A stretch of DNA of 64,000 nt, from positions 1,504,001 to 1,568,000 of the forward strand of contig OZ253449.1 in NCBI GenBank assembly GCA_965261345.1. Direction: 5' to 3'. The notes beneath the pieces were generated by a model. The model was not told the origin of the DNA, did not search any database, and saw only the letters and a program-made list of their open reading frames with translations. Made by a program: the position numbers and the translations under genes. Below, piece after piece: positions 1 through 9,637 of the stretch. Origin of the DNA: Chloroflexota bacterium. Its GTDB lineage: Bacteria > Chloroflexota > UBA11872 > VXNJ01. Within the stretch, counting starts at the first letter, position 1, and every line of letters begins with the position of its first letter.

Positions 1-158
1 CTGGCCGCCAGCCGATCAAGATTCGGGGTACTGGCGGCTTCGAGCTCGGTTAGGCCGGTCTGCGGATGGGCCAGGCCGCCCAGCCCGTCGATTACGAAGA
101 GGATCACCCGCTCGCTGCCGGGGCGGGCGAGAGAGCGGTAGACGTCGGGATGAATCAT
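1..158 (-). CDS. apgM: 2,3-bisphosphoglycerate-independent phosphoglycerate mutase, N-terminal part (runs off window)
   Basis: Not in the ORF track. Manual translation from the ATG at 158 gives MIHPDVYRSLARPGSERVILFVIDGLGGLAHPQTGLTELEAASTPNLDRLAA, matching the ApgM start motif (DGLGG...TELEAA.TPNLD.LA). Confidence 0.85.
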   Translation of the reverse strand, partial: MIHPDVYRSLARPGSERVILFVIDGLGGLAHPQTGLTELEAASTPNLDRLAA

Positions 159-298
159 CGCCGACCGTCGCCCGGGTTGGGGGGGGCTCAGATTGAGCGC
201 AAATTGCATCGGCATGGGCCAAATGATGGAGTCGGCGGCGGAACCCTTATAAGGTAACCGGATCGGCCGGCGGCCGGGGTTGCGGGCGGCGCTTTTAC

Positions 299-323
299 TT
301 TCCATACTATTGTGGTGGGAATA
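299..323. promoter_or_regulatory. Possible Rrf2-family (CymR/IscR-like) operator upstream of the DUF4242 operon
   Basis: AT-rich imperfect palindrome tttccatACTattgtGGTgggaata resembling the ACT-N5-AGT core of Rrf2 boxes. Confidence 0.3.
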
Positions 324-406
324 GTTGATAATTCCTGCGATAGTTGCCCGAGCCGACGTGACGGCGTCGAGGCCCGGCACCCCCCCTCCCCTTGGCGATG
401 GTGGCA

Positions 407-928
407 ATGGCAAATTTATTTTTGGTTGAGGTACCCGCTCCCGAGGCTGCCGAGGCGGCCGAGGTTCAGGCGACGTTCGATAAGATTGCCGCTGCCGCCG
501 AAGCCGCCGCCGGTCAGCTCATCGAGGTCCAGTACGGACGCGATTCGGGGGTGGTCTACGGCATCATCGAACACCGCAGCCAGATTGCCCTGGAGGCCCT
601 TTTGCGCCAGGGCGGACTCGAATTTGCCGAGCTGGTGCCGGTACGGCTGGTTGGCCCGACCTTAGATGAGGTCAAGGCCCATGCCGGTTCGGCCAACTAC
701 CTGGTGGAATGGGACATCCCCGAAGCGATAACGATGGACATGTACTTGGCGGCCAAGCAGAAGAAATCGCCGCTCTACGCCAAGGTGCCCGAGACCACAT
801 TCCTGCGAACCTACGTGCGTGAAGACACCATCAAGTGCCTCTGCTTCTACGAGGCTCCCGATGAGGCCGCCGTCCGCCGGGCGCGCGCGGCGGTAAATAC
901 GCCGATCGACCGTCTGACCCGTATCTGA
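407..928 (+). CDS. DUF4242-family protein (two tandem small alpha/beta domains)
   Basis: C-terminal YLVEWD...FLRTYVRED..KCLCFYEAPDEAAVRRAR is typical of DUF4242. The N-terminal half looks like a degenerate copy. Start chosen at ATG 407. Confidence 0.75.
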   Translation: MANLFLVEVPAPEAAEAAEVQATFDKIAAAAEAAAGQLIEVQYGRDSGVVYGIIEHRSQIALEALLRQGGLEFAELVPVRLVGPTLDEVKAHAGSANYLVEWDIPEAITMDMYLAAKQKKSPLYAKVPETTFLRTYVREDTIKCLCFYEAPDEAAVRRARAAVNTPIDRLTRI

Positions 929-945
929 TCCGTTAAGCACCCAAC

Positions 946-2040
946 GTGTCTGATCCGCTAAGGTGCGGAGCGCCGCTGGCCAACGAGCCGGAACTGCTAG
1001 CCGCGCTCGAGGCCTACTTTGGCAGCCGCGCCAGCGCGGTTGACGCCGACGCGGCCTCGCTTCGGCCGGGACTGGCCCGGCTGGGCCGGCTCGGACTGGT
1101 GGAAATTGGGGTTTACGGCGACCCGGCGGGCGGTTCGCTGCTACGGATGTGCGCCATCAACGCCGCCATCGCAAGCTTCGACATGAGCTCGGCTTTTTCG
1201 CTGTGGTGTCACCGGATGGGGATTGAGTATCTCCATCAGGCCGATCCGGGCTGCGGCCTGCCGCAGGAGCTGCTGCCCCGGTTGCGCTCGGCCGAGGTGC
1301 TCGGTTCGACCGCGTTCGCCTCGGCCACCGCCAACTACTTAGCCGATGCCCCGCTGCCGGTCACGTTTGAGCGCCGGGGCGAACGGTTGCTGGCCAATGG
1401 ACGCATTCCCTGGGCCTCCAACATCGAGGAGCCGTTCATTTCGGTGGCCGCCGCGGTCAATTCGCAGGACCCCTCCGACCGGGTGGTGTTTGCCTTCGAT
1501 GCCCGGACTCCGGGGTTTGGCACCGGTCCCTACCCCCAGTTGCTGGCCCTACAGGCCACCAACAGCACCTCACCGCACTTTGCCGACGCCGAGATTTCCC
1601 CGGAGGCGATCCTGACCGAGCGTTTTGCCGATTTCTTCGAGCGGGTTTTTCCCACCTTCATCCTGATCCAATGCGCGTTTTGCTGGGGTCTGGCATATCG
1701 CTCGCTGGCGGCCGCCAAGCCGCTGCTGGCGGGCCCGCGGGCGGTACTTAGCGGTGAATTTGGCGCGCTTGCCGACAGATTCGGCAATGCCTTGGAACTC
1801 CTGCGGAAATTTGCCACGGTGGCCGATCGCCGCTGTCTGGACCACCACCAGCTGCTCAAGCTGCGCCTTGCCTGGGGCCAACTGGCCCCCCAGGCGGTGG
1901 CGCTGGAGGCCAAGCTGATCGGCGGTCGCGGCTACACCCGCGCCAGCGCCACCGCCCGGCGGCTGCGCGAGGCCGCCTTCCTGCCGGTCCAGGCGCCAAC
2001 TGAGATTCAGCTCCGATGGCTCTTGACGCGCTCGCGATAA
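946..2040 (+). CDS. Acyl-CoA dehydrogenase-fold flavoprotein
   Basis: MSSAFSLWCH, NG.IPWASN, and C-terminal GGRGY....TARRLREA.F ACAD motifs. Confidence 0.85.
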   Translation: MSDPLRCGAPLANEPELLAALEAYFGSRASAVDADAASLRPGLARLGRLGLVEIGVYGDPAGGSLLRMCAINAAIASFDMSSAFSLWCHRMGIEYLHQADPGCGLPQELLPRLRSAEVLGSTAFASATANYLADAPLPVTFERRGERLLANGRIPWASNIEEPFISVAAAVNSQDPSDRVVFAFDARTPGFGTGPYPQLLALQATNSTSPHFADAEISPEAILTERFADFFERVFPTFILIQCAFCWGLAYRSLAAAKPLLAGPRAVLSGEFGALADRFGNALELLRKFATVADRRCLDHHQLLKLRLAWGQLAPQAVALEAKLIGGRGYTRASATARRLREAAFLPVQAPTEIQLRWLLTRSR

Positions 2041-2891
2041 CCGGCGCGGCCAAGTCATTCGCCGCCGCCGGATTTACAACCCCGGTCTTTTCCGGGGTCG
2101 ACCTGCGGGTGCGACCCGGCCAGATCGCCGCGCTGCTGGGGCCGAGCGGCTGCGGCAAGAGCACCCTGCTGCGAATCCTGGCCGGATTGGACGAGCTCTC
2201 AGCCGGGTCGGTTGAATGGCCGCAGTCGGCCGGGCGCGCCCACCGGGTGGGGATGGTCTTCCAGGAACCGCTTCTACTGCCCTGGCTAAGTGTTGTCGAA
2301 AACGTGACGTTGGGGCTTTCCTATTCGGCCAATAAAGGTGTCGCCGATGAGGCGGCGATCCATAGCCTGATCGCCAGGTTCGGTCTGGACGGCTTAGTTG
2401 ACGCCTATCCCGACGAACTCTCCGGCGGGCAGGCCCAGCGGGTGGCGCTGGCGCGCACGGTGATCACCAACCCCGACCTGGTCCTGCTGGATGAACCGTT
2501 TTCGGCGCTCGATCCGATCACCCGGCAGGCGCTGCAACGGTGGCTGGTTTCGATCCAGCAGAGCCTGGGCCTTACCGCGGTGATCGTTACCCACGACGTG
2601 GACGAGGCCATATTCCTGGGCGATCAGATCGCAATGATGTCGCCGGCGCCGGGCACGATCGTCAAACGCTGGACCCTTGACCAGGCCGCCCGTCACCACC
2701 CCGATGCGGAAGCCGCGGTGGCGATCAAGCGCGAGATCCTGGCCAACTATCAATCGACCCAGCACGATCTGGACGCCCGCCTGGCGGCCCGACCGTTGCC
2801 GATGCCGCCGGCCGCCTACCGCGGACCGGCCGAAGCCGTCCCGCCAGGACGCCAACTACCCGAATCTTCCAACCCCGCTGGCGCTGGCTAG
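2016..2891 (+). CDS. ABC transporter ATP-binding protein (SsuB/TauB/NrtD type)
   Basis: GPSGCGKS, VFQE..LLPW, LSGGQ, LLDEPFSALD, VTHD. Confidence 0.95.
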   Translation: MALDALAITGAAKSFAAAGFTTPVFSGVDLRVRPGQIAALLGPSGCGKSTLLRILAGLDELSAGSVEWPQSAGRAHRVGMVFQEPLLLPWLSVVENVTLGLSYSANKGVADEAAIHSLIARFGLDGLVDAYPDELSGGQAQRVALARTVITNPDLVLLDEPFSALDPITRQALQRWLVSIQQSLGLTAVIVTHDVDEAIFLGDQIAMMSPAPGTIVKRWTLDQAARHHPDAEAAVAIKREILANYQSTQHDLDARLAARPLPMPPAAYRGPAEAVPPGRQLPESSNPAGAG

Positions 2892-2920
2892 GCGGTCGCA
2901 ACCAATTTAGGAAAAGCACA

Positions 2921-4198
2921 ATGCGAACCAATTTCTCCAACCGCCCGGCGATCACCCGCCGGCGCCTGCTGGGTCTGTCCGGACTGGGCGCTGCCGCCCT
3001 GTTTGCCGGCGCCCTGGCCGGATGCGGGGAGGAGGATGCCGCGGCGGCTCCCGATCCCGCTCCGGTAGCAGGAGCTGCCTCCTCGATCGCCGGCGCCTTG
3101 GCGTCGCAATCGCCGTCCGCGCCGGCCGCGATCGGGCGGCTGCGCGTGGGCTATCTACCGATTACCGACGCCTCGCCGCTGCTGGTGGCCCACGGCCGCG
3201 GGATCTACGCCCGGCATGGCCTGGAGGCTGAGCGACCGACTCTCTTCCGCGGCTGGTCACCGCTGGCCGAGGCCTTCCAGGCACGCCAGGTCGACGCCGT
3301 CCACATCCTGATGCCGATGGCCATCTGGTTGCGTTTCGGCCAGGGGTTTCCGTTGAAGTTGGTGGCCTGGAATCACAATGGCGGCTCGGCTTTGACGACC
3401 CGCTTTGAGATCAATGCGGTCGAGGATCTATCGGGCCGCATCGTGGCGGTCCCATTCTGGTATTCGATCCACAACACCGTCCTGCAGATGATCCTGCGTG
3501 ACGCCGGCCTGCAGGCGATCACCGAGGGCGATCCCGACCCGGCCGCCGGGGAGGTGAAGCTGATCGTGATGGCCCCGCCCGACATGCCGCCGGCCCTGGC
3601 CAACGATTCGATCCAGGGATACATCGTGGCCGACCCCTTCAACGCGGTGGCCGAGGTCAACAACGTCGGCAAGGTGCTCCGGTTCGTTCCCGACGTATGG
3701 CTGGACCACGCCTGCTGCGTGGTCATCCTGCACGAGGACGATACCCGTGATCGTCCCGAATGGTCGCAGGCGGTGGTCGATTCGGTCGCCGATGCCCAGG
3801 ACTACATCCGCAACAACCGGTCAGAAGCGGCCCAGCTGCTCTCGGCCGACGGTGAGGGTTACCTGCCACAGCCGCTGCCGGCGATCGCGCGCGCGCTCAC
3901 CCACTACGACCTGGACGAGTACGGGCCCAGCGGGGCGATCCAGCATCCCGACTGGGACACCGACCGGATCGACTTCCAGCCGTTTCCGTTCCAGTCCTAC
4001 ACCGAGGAGTTGGTGCGGCAGATGAAGCTGACGGTAGTGGAGGGCGACACCACCTTCCTCCAGGCGCTGGACCCGGCGACGGTGCACCGCGAGCTGATTG
4101 CCGATCGCTTCGCCCGCGACGCCATCGAACGCCTCGGCGGGCCGGCCCGGTTTGACCTGCCCGAATCACTCACCCGCAGCGAGCGGATCGAAATCTGA
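2921..4198 (+). CDS. ABC substrate-binding lipoprotein (NrtA/SsuA family), Tat signal
   Basis: TRRRLL Tat motif, LAGC lipobox, GYLPITDASPL, HACC. Confidence 0.9.
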   Translation: MRTNFSNRPAITRRRLLGLSGLGAAALFAGALAGCGEEDAAAAPDPAPVAGAASSIAGALASQSPSAPAAIGRLRVGYLPITDASPLLVAHGRGIYARHGLEAERPTLFRGWSPLAEAFQARQVDAVHILMPMAIWLRFGQGFPLKLVAWNHNGGSALTTRFEINAVEDLSGRIVAVPFWYSIHNTVLQMILRDAGLQAITEGDPDPAAGEVKLIVMAPPDMPPALANDSIQGYIVADPFNAVAEVNNVGKVLRFVPDVWLDHACCVVILHEDDTRDRPEWSQAVVDSVADAQDYIRNNRSEAAQLLSADGEGYLPQPLPAIARALTHYDLDEYGPSGAIQHPDWDTDRIDFQPFPFQSYTEELVRQMKLTVVEGDTTFLQALDPATVHRELIADRFARDAIERLGGPARFDLPESLTRSERIEI

Positions 4199-4224
4199 CA
4201 AGCCCGGGGCGCCTGCGTAGGCGA

Positions 4225-5055
4225 TTGACCGCCTTGGCCTTCGGCCTGGGCGTGCCGCTACTGGGGATGATCGCCTTCATCCTCATCTGGCTGGGCTGGG
4301 TCGAGTTGCTAGTTGACCCCGAGAGCTTCCTTGCCGACTGGTCGCCGCGGCTGGCGGTTCCCGAGGTTTATTCGCTGCTTTTTGGCGGTGAGCTGCCGCG
4401 TCACATCTGGGCATCGGTCCTGCGGATCGCGGTTGGTCTGCTGATCGCCACCGCGATCGGGATCCCGCTGGGGATGGCGCTGGGGGCCTCGCGCTGGTTC
4501 TCGGCCGCGGTCTCGCCGGTGGCCGCGTTCCTGCGGATGGTTTCCCCGCTGTCCTGGACCCCGCTGGCGATCATCCTGTTCGGGGTCGGCGATTCGCCCG
4601 TGTTTTTCCTCACCGCGGTCGGAGCGGTCTGGCCGATCACCCTTTCCACCGCCCAGGGGGTGGCCTCGCTGGAACGCAACTGGCTGATGCTGGCGCGCTC
4701 GCTGGGAGCCTCGCGCATCGAGACCCTGCGGACGGTGGTCTGGCCGGGGATCCACGCCCAGGTGCTAACCGGGCTGCGGCTGGGGATGACGACCGCCTGG
4801 ATCATCCTGGTGCCGGCCGAAATGCTGGGGGTCGATTCGGGGCTGGGGTTCTTCATCCTCGATGCCCGCGATCGCTTCAACTACCCTGAGGTGGTGGCCG
4901 CCATCATCGTGATCGGGGCAATCGGGATCGTCCTCGACCGGTTCGCCCACAACCTGCTCACGCCGCGCCGAAGGGCCCGCCGGCGGGCCCGGCTGGGATC
5001 GACCGGCGCGGCGCCCGCCCAACCGGAGCGACCGGTGGGCCAGTACCGGATCTGA
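4225..5055 (+). CDS. ABC transporter permease (SsuC/NrtB type)
   Basis: Hydrophobic helices, ARSLGAS EAA-loop, GLRLG...AW..LVPAEMLG. May start at CTG 4195. Confidence 0.95.
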   Translation: MTALAFGLGVPLLGMIAFILIWLGWVELLVDPESFLADWSPRLAVPEVYSLLFGGELPRHIWASVLRIAVGLLIATAIGIPLGMALGASRWFSAAVSPVAAFLRMVSPLSWTPLAIILFGVGDSPVFFLTAVGAVWPITLSTAQGVASLERNWLMLARSLGASRIETLRTVVWPGIHAQVLTGLRLGMTTAWIILVPAEMLGVDSGLGFFILDARDRFNYPEVVAAIIVIGAIGIVLDRFAHNLLTPRRRARRRARLGSTGAAPAQPERPVGQYRI

Positions 5056-5132
5056 CCGCCGCCGGACAAATTGCCGGACGGTTCGGCCGGCAATTTGCAA
5101 AATGAGTACCGTTGGCAGTTGCGCCCTAAGGC

Positions 5133-6524
5133 TTGCCCATCAGAACCACCCCACCCAAGGCCGCAGCGGCCGGTTCGCCCGCTGGCCCGTCGGTCCGGCG
5201 GCTCTACGACAAGGGCGCGATGCTGGCCTTTTTTCTGCCGGTGGCGCTCTCCTCGCTGGTTACCGGCCTGCGCGGTCCGGTCCTCGACGCCGGCCTGGCG
5301 CGAACCGAGGAGCCGCTGCTGGCGCTCGCCGGGTTCGCCGCGGTCTCGTCGCTGGTTTTTGTCCTAACGACTGCCAGCCAGGTGCAGCAGAGCGTATTCC
5401 TGGTCTATGCCAATGGCCGCGAATCGCTGCGCCGGGTGTTCCGTTTCACCGCCTACGGGGCGTTGGCGGCATTTCTAATCGCCCTGCTGGCGGCGATTCC
5501 GGCATTTTCCGATTTCCTGCTCGGGGGGTTGATGGGTGCCTCCGACGAGGTCACCGATTACGCCCGCCCGGCGTTCCTGCTGCTGGCCCTGATCCCGCCG
5601 CTGGTGGTGGCCCGGGCGCTTTTCCAAAGCGTGCTGATGCAGCGCCGCCAGACCCGGCGGATTACGTTTGCCACCTTCGGCGGGCTGGCGGTGCTGGTTC
5701 CCGGAGGGCTGCTTTTCGTACCGTCAACGCCCCTCAACGGGGCCCTGGCGGCCGCCCTGGCGCTGATTGCAGTGACCATCGTCGAGGGCGGAATCCTGGC
5801 GTTTTTCGCCATCTCCGAGCTGCGCGCCCGCCCCTATCCAAAGACCGAGACCGCCCCGCTGCCGACGATGGGCGACTTGTTGCGCTTCGGTTGGCCGCTG
5901 CTGCTGTCAATGCTGGCCATGTCCGGATCGACCCCGCTGATTACCGCCGGAATCTTCCGCTTAGAAGACGGGGTGATCGCGGTCGCCGGATTCCGGATCG
6001 CCTGGAGCATCGCCATCCTGGGCCTGAGCCTGACCCTGGCGGTCCGCCAGACCGCGTTGGTCATGTCCAAGTACCCAGAGAGCCATCGCCACGGGCGAAA
6101 GTTTTCGGCCCTGGTCGGGCTGGCGGTTTCGGCCGGGTTGTTGGTGCTAACTACCGGTCCGATCGGTGACTTCGTCATGCTCACCGTCATCGGCGTTCCC
6201 GAGTCGGTCGCGGCCCAGGCCTTTCCGGCGGTCTGGGCGCTGGCGGCGGTACCGTTCCTGCTGGGATTTAGGCAATTCTTCATCGCCCTGCTAATGCACC
6301 AGGGCCTTTCCAAGCGGGTGGGAATCGGGACCCTTTCGCGAGTCGCGGTAATGCTCGTGGTGGTGTTTGTGATTGCCCCGTTCGTACCCATGGCCGGGGC
6401 CTTGATGGGTGGACTGGCCCGGCTGAGCGGGCAATTGAGCGAGACCTTGGTGGCCTGGCGGCTGGGACGCGTCTGGTTCGACCAGGACCCGCAGTCGGCC
6501 GGCCAGAAAACCGGGACCCGCTGA
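5133..6524 (+). CDS. MATE/MOP-superfamily multi-pass membrane transporter
   Basis: About 12 hydrophobic segments in two similar halves (LAFFLPVALSS / LLRFGWPLLLS). Confidence 0.65.
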   Translation: MPIRTTPPKAAAAGSPAGPSVRRLYDKGAMLAFFLPVALSSLVTGLRGPVLDAGLARTEEPLLALAGFAAVSSLVFVLTTASQVQQSVFLVYANGRESLRRVFRFTAYGALAAFLIALLAAIPAFSDFLLGGLMGASDEVTDYARPAFLLLALIPPLVVARALFQSVLMQRRQTRRITFATFGGLAVLVPGGLLFVPSTPLNGALAAALALIAVTIVEGGILAFFAISELRARPYPKTETAPLPTMGDLLRFGWPLLLSMLAMSGSTPLITAGIFRLEDGVIAVAGFRIAWSIAILGLSLTLAVRQTALVMSKYPESHRHGRKFSALVGLAVSAGLLVLTTGPIGDFVMLTVIGVPESVAAQAFPAVWALAAVPFLLGFRQFFIALLMHQGLSKRVGIGTLSRVAVMLVVVFVIAPFVPMAGALMGGLARLSGQLSETLVAWRLGRVWFDQDPQSAGQKTGTR

Positions 6525-7219
6525 TGCCGCGGCGGGCGGGGAAACCGCGACGCGCGGTCGTGGTCCTTAACGGGCCGCTGGCCGCTGAGCCCCAGGTTTT
6601 AGCCGCGATCGCTAACGCCGATCTGGTGGTGGCCGCCGATGGTGGCGCCGGCCGGTTGGCGGGGCTTGGCCGGCAGCCCGACCTGGTAGTTGGCGATCTG
6701 GACTCGTTGGACTCCTTAACCGCCGAGCGGCTGCGGGCCGGCGGGGTCAGATTCGAGCAGCACCCGCGCGCCAAGGATCTAACCGATGGCGAACTGGCGC
6801 TGCTGGCGGCGATCGAGCGCGGAGCTGAATCGGTAACCGTGCTCGGGGCCCTGGGGGGCGAGCGACCGGACATGGTGTTTGCCAACCTCATGCTGCTCTG
6901 CCATCGGCGGGCCGATGGCCTCTTAATCCACGCCTTAGCCGACGGTTGGGCGATCTGGCCGGTCGGTCCGGCCGAGCTGGTCGTTGATTGCCGGCCCGGG
7001 CAGACCATTTCACTGGTACCGCTCGATGCCATTGTTACGGGAATAGATCTTGGCGGAACCCGCTGGGAGCTGGCCGGGGCGCAATTGGCCGGTAGGGAGG
7101 GCCGCGGCCTCTCCAATGTCTGCCTTAGCTTCCGGGTGAGGGCCCGCGCCAGCAGCGGTCGGCTGCTGCTGTTTCACCAGTACGGTTCCGGCCCACGCGA
7201 CGGCCGGCCGGGCCAATAG
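6524..7219 (+). CDS. thiN: Thiamine diphosphokinase
   Basis: AADGGA, VGDLDS, KDLTDGELAL, GALGGER.D, GLSN motifs. Confidence 0.95.
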   Translation: MPRRAGKPRRAVVVLNGPLAAEPQVLAAIANADLVVAADGGAGRLAGLGRQPDLVVGDLDSLDSLTAERLRAGGVRFEQHPRAKDLTDGELALLAAIERGAESVTVLGALGGERPDMVFANLMLLCHRRADGLLIHALADGWAIWPVGPAELVVDCRPGQTISLVPLDAIVTGIDLGGTRWELAGAQLAGREGRGLSNVCLSFRVRARASSGRLLLFHQYGSGPRDGRPGQ

Positions 7220-7247
7220 AATCGACTTGAACCCAGTTACAACTAAA

Positions 7248-7348
7248 TATCCGCAGGGGTGCTGAAAGCATCGGCTGAGAAGGAAGGCCCACCGGCCTTT
7301 CCTCCCCTAATGACCTGATCCGGGTAATACCGGCGTAGGCAGACGGAA
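7248..7348 (+). ncRNA. TPP riboswitch
   Basis: aGGGGTGC...GCTGAGA...gACCTGATCcggGTAATaccgGCGtAGG consensus, upstream of thiamine-precursor transport genes. Confidence 0.95.
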
Positions 7349-7466
7349 TCTCCCGAGAACTTTCACACCGCATCCATCTTTGATGAAGGGTGCGGTGTTG
7401 GCCGTTTTAACAGGCCCCGGCGGGCCTGTCCCGAGTACCTTTCGGGGCAGATTCAAGGGAGCAACC

Positions 7467-7754
7467 ATGGCAACAATCATCGCGGCGTTTCAGGTCTTGC
7501 CAAGCGGGGTCGAGGACACCTATGGGTGCGTTGAAGCGGCCATCGCGGTGGTCGCCGAATCGGGTCTGCCCTATGACGTCTCATCGTTCGAGACCACCCT
7601 CGAGGGCGAATACGACCAGCTGATGGACCTGATCAAGCGGGCCCAGACCGCCTGCCTGGACTTTGGCGCCAGCTCGGTGCTCTGCTACATCAAGATCGCC
7701 AACACCCCGGCCGGGACCACGATCGCCGATCACATCGCAAAATTCCGCGATTGA
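7467..7754 (+). CDS. Thiamine-binding protein (MTH1187/YkoF family)
   Basis: FQVLP, SGL.Y.V..FETTLEGEYD.L, with AAGGGAG RBS before ATG 7467. Confidence 0.85.
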   Translation: MATIIAAFQVLPSGVEDTYGCVEAAIAVVAESGLPYDVSSFETTLEGEYDQLMDLIKRAQTACLDFGASSVLCYIKIANTPAGTTIADHIAKFRD

Positions 7755-8521
7755 GCCGACAACGCGTAGGCGCGCGCCTGGCCGCCGCCGCCCCGGCGAC
7801 GCTGCTGCTGCTGGCAATCCTTGCCTTCTGGCAGTTCTTCGTAACCTGGCGCCAGGTCCCGCGCTGGCTGCTGCCGTCGCCGTCCGACATTGCGATCGCC
7901 TTGGTCGATTCGGCCGAATTGATCGCCTACCACATCCCGCTCACCCTGCTGGTTATGGCGGTTGGGTTTTTCTGCTCGCTGCTAATTGGCACCACCGTGG
8001 CGACCGCCTGCCACCTGTTTGCGCCGGTCCGCCGGGCGATCTATCCGCTGCTGGTTACCTCGCAATCGGTTCCGTTCATCATCGTCGCTCCGCTGCTGGT
8101 GATCTGGTTCGGTTTCGGCCTGCTGCCCAAGCTGGTGCTGGTCACCCTGGTCTGTGCATTTCCAATCACCGTTACCTTCCTCGGCGGACTGCGTTCGGCC
8201 GACCACGAGGCCGGCGACCTGCTGCGGGCGATGGGGGCGTCGACCTGGGATCAATTCCGGCTGGTGCAGCTCCCGCCGGCCCTGGCGGCACTGGCCGCCG
8301 GCGCCAAGATCGCCGCCACCTACGCGGTCATTGGAGCCCTGATCGCCGAATGGCTGGGGGCCAGCCGCGGACTCGGGGTATTCCTGATCCGTTCGATGAA
8401 CTCGTTTCGTGCCGATCGGGCCCTGGCGGCCATCGTGATCGTGGTCGTGATCGCCCTGTTGGCCTGGGCGGCAATCGAACTTCTAACCCGCCGGGCCATG
8501 CCCTGGCGCAACCATGTCTAA
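7751..8521 (+). CDS. thiX: HMP/thiamine-precursor ABC permease
   Basis: LLPSPS, SQSVP.I..APLL.IWFGFG, AEWLGA..GLG, in a TPP-controlled operon. Confidence 0.85.
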   Translation: MSRQRVGARLAAAAPATLLLLAILAFWQFFVTWRQVPRWLLPSPSDIAIALVDSAELIAYHIPLTLLVMAVGFFCSLLIGTTVATACHLFAPVRRAIYPLLVTSQSVPFIIVAPLLVIWFGFGLLPKLVLVTLVCAFPITVTFLGGLRSADHEAGDLLRAMGASTWDQFRLVQLPPALAALAAGAKIAATYAVIGALIAEWLGASRGLGVFLIRSMNSFRADRALAAIVIVVVIALLAWAAIELLTRRAMPWRNHV

Positions 8522-8576
8522 TTCTTCCGGCCGGCAACTTCTGGCCGGTCAACATCGCCCAACCTGGAGGCAAACG

Positions 8577-9623
8577 ATGAACCGACGAAAGTTCCTGGGT
8601 TTCGGCCTGGGTGCGGCGGCCACGCTGGCGCTGGCCGCCTGCGAGGGTTCGGGCCGCGAGACCGCAGCCGCCGAGAACGTCGCCGACCTCCAGTCAACGA
8701 TTGCCCCGGCCGCCCCCCAGCGCGCCGATCGGGCCGAGGCGACCATGGTACTTGATTGGGTACCCAACACCAACCACACCGGACTCTACGTGGCCCGGGC
8801 ACTGGGATTCTTCGAGGAGGAGAACCTCGATTTCAAGATCGAGGAACCAGTCGAGGTTGACGCGACCGCGGTGGTGGCGGCCGGCAATGCCGAATTTGGG
8901 ATCGGCTTCCAGGAATTTTTGACCCCCGCCTTAGTCGAGGGCGCCCCGGTGGTGTCGGTGGCGGCGATCCTTGCCCAGAACACATCCGGATTCGCCTCGC
9001 TGGCCAGTCGCGGAATCGCCCGCCCGCGCGATTTTGAAGGGGCCGTCTATGGCGGGTTCGGCTCGCCGCTGGAACTGGCGATCCTGAGGGTGATGATGGA
9101 ATCAGACGGTGGCGACTTCGACACGCTGGAATCGGTCGGCGCCGGGGCGGCCGATTTCCTAACGATCATCCAGCGCGATGTCGACCTCTACTGGATCTTC
9201 TACGGGTGGCAGGGAATTAAGGCCGAACTGGAGGGAATTGATCTGAACGTCCAGTTCCTCTCCGACTGGGGAGTGCCCAACTACTACACCCCGCTGATCA
9301 TGGCCAATGCCTCACTGCTGGATGCCCGCCGCGACATCGGCGAGCGGGCGATGCGGGCGATCTCGCGCGGCTATGAATTCACCATCGCCGATCCGGGCGC
9401 GGCTGCCGATCTGTTAATTGCCGCATCCCCGGAAATTGACGCTCCGTTGGCGCAGGCCTCGCAGGCCTGGCTTTCGCCACGCTACCGCGGCGATGAGGAC
9501 CGCTGGGGCCAACAGCGCGGATCGGTCTGGGGTGGCATGACCGAATGGATGCTCGCCCAGGAGCTGATCGAGGAAACCTTCGACTGGGAGAACGCCTTCT
9601 CCAACGACCTGCTGCCGACTTAA
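8577..9623 (+). CDS. thiY: HMP/thiamine-precursor ABC substrate-binding lipoprotein (NMT1/THI5-like)
   Basis: GGAGG RBS, MNRRKFL Tat motif, LAAC lipobox, LDWVPNTNHTGLYVA. Confidence 0.9.
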   Translation: MNRRKFLGFGLGAAATLALAACEGSGRETAAAENVADLQSTIAPAAPQRADRAEATMVLDWVPNTNHTGLYVARALGFFEEENLDFKIEEPVEVDATAVVAAGNAEFGIGFQEFLTPALVEGAPVVSVAAILAQNTSGFASLASRGIARPRDFEGAVYGGFGSPLELAILRVMMESDGGDFDTLESVGAGAADFLTIIQRDVDLYWIFYGWQGIKAELEGIDLNVQFLSDWGVPNYYTPLIMANASLLDARRDIGERAMRAISRGYEFTIADPGAAADLLIAASPEIDAPLAQASQAWLSPRYRGDEDRWGQQRGSVWGGMTEWMLAQELIEETFDWENAFSNDLLPT

Positions 9624-9637
9624 AGCGCGGATAGGCG

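Noticed and set aside
5102-6169. Long overlapping ORFs such as 5102-6169, 15907-17208, 40088-40996 and 47728-48723
   Set aside because: These are Arg/Pro/Gly-rich shadow or antisense frames of well-supported genes in high-GC DNA.
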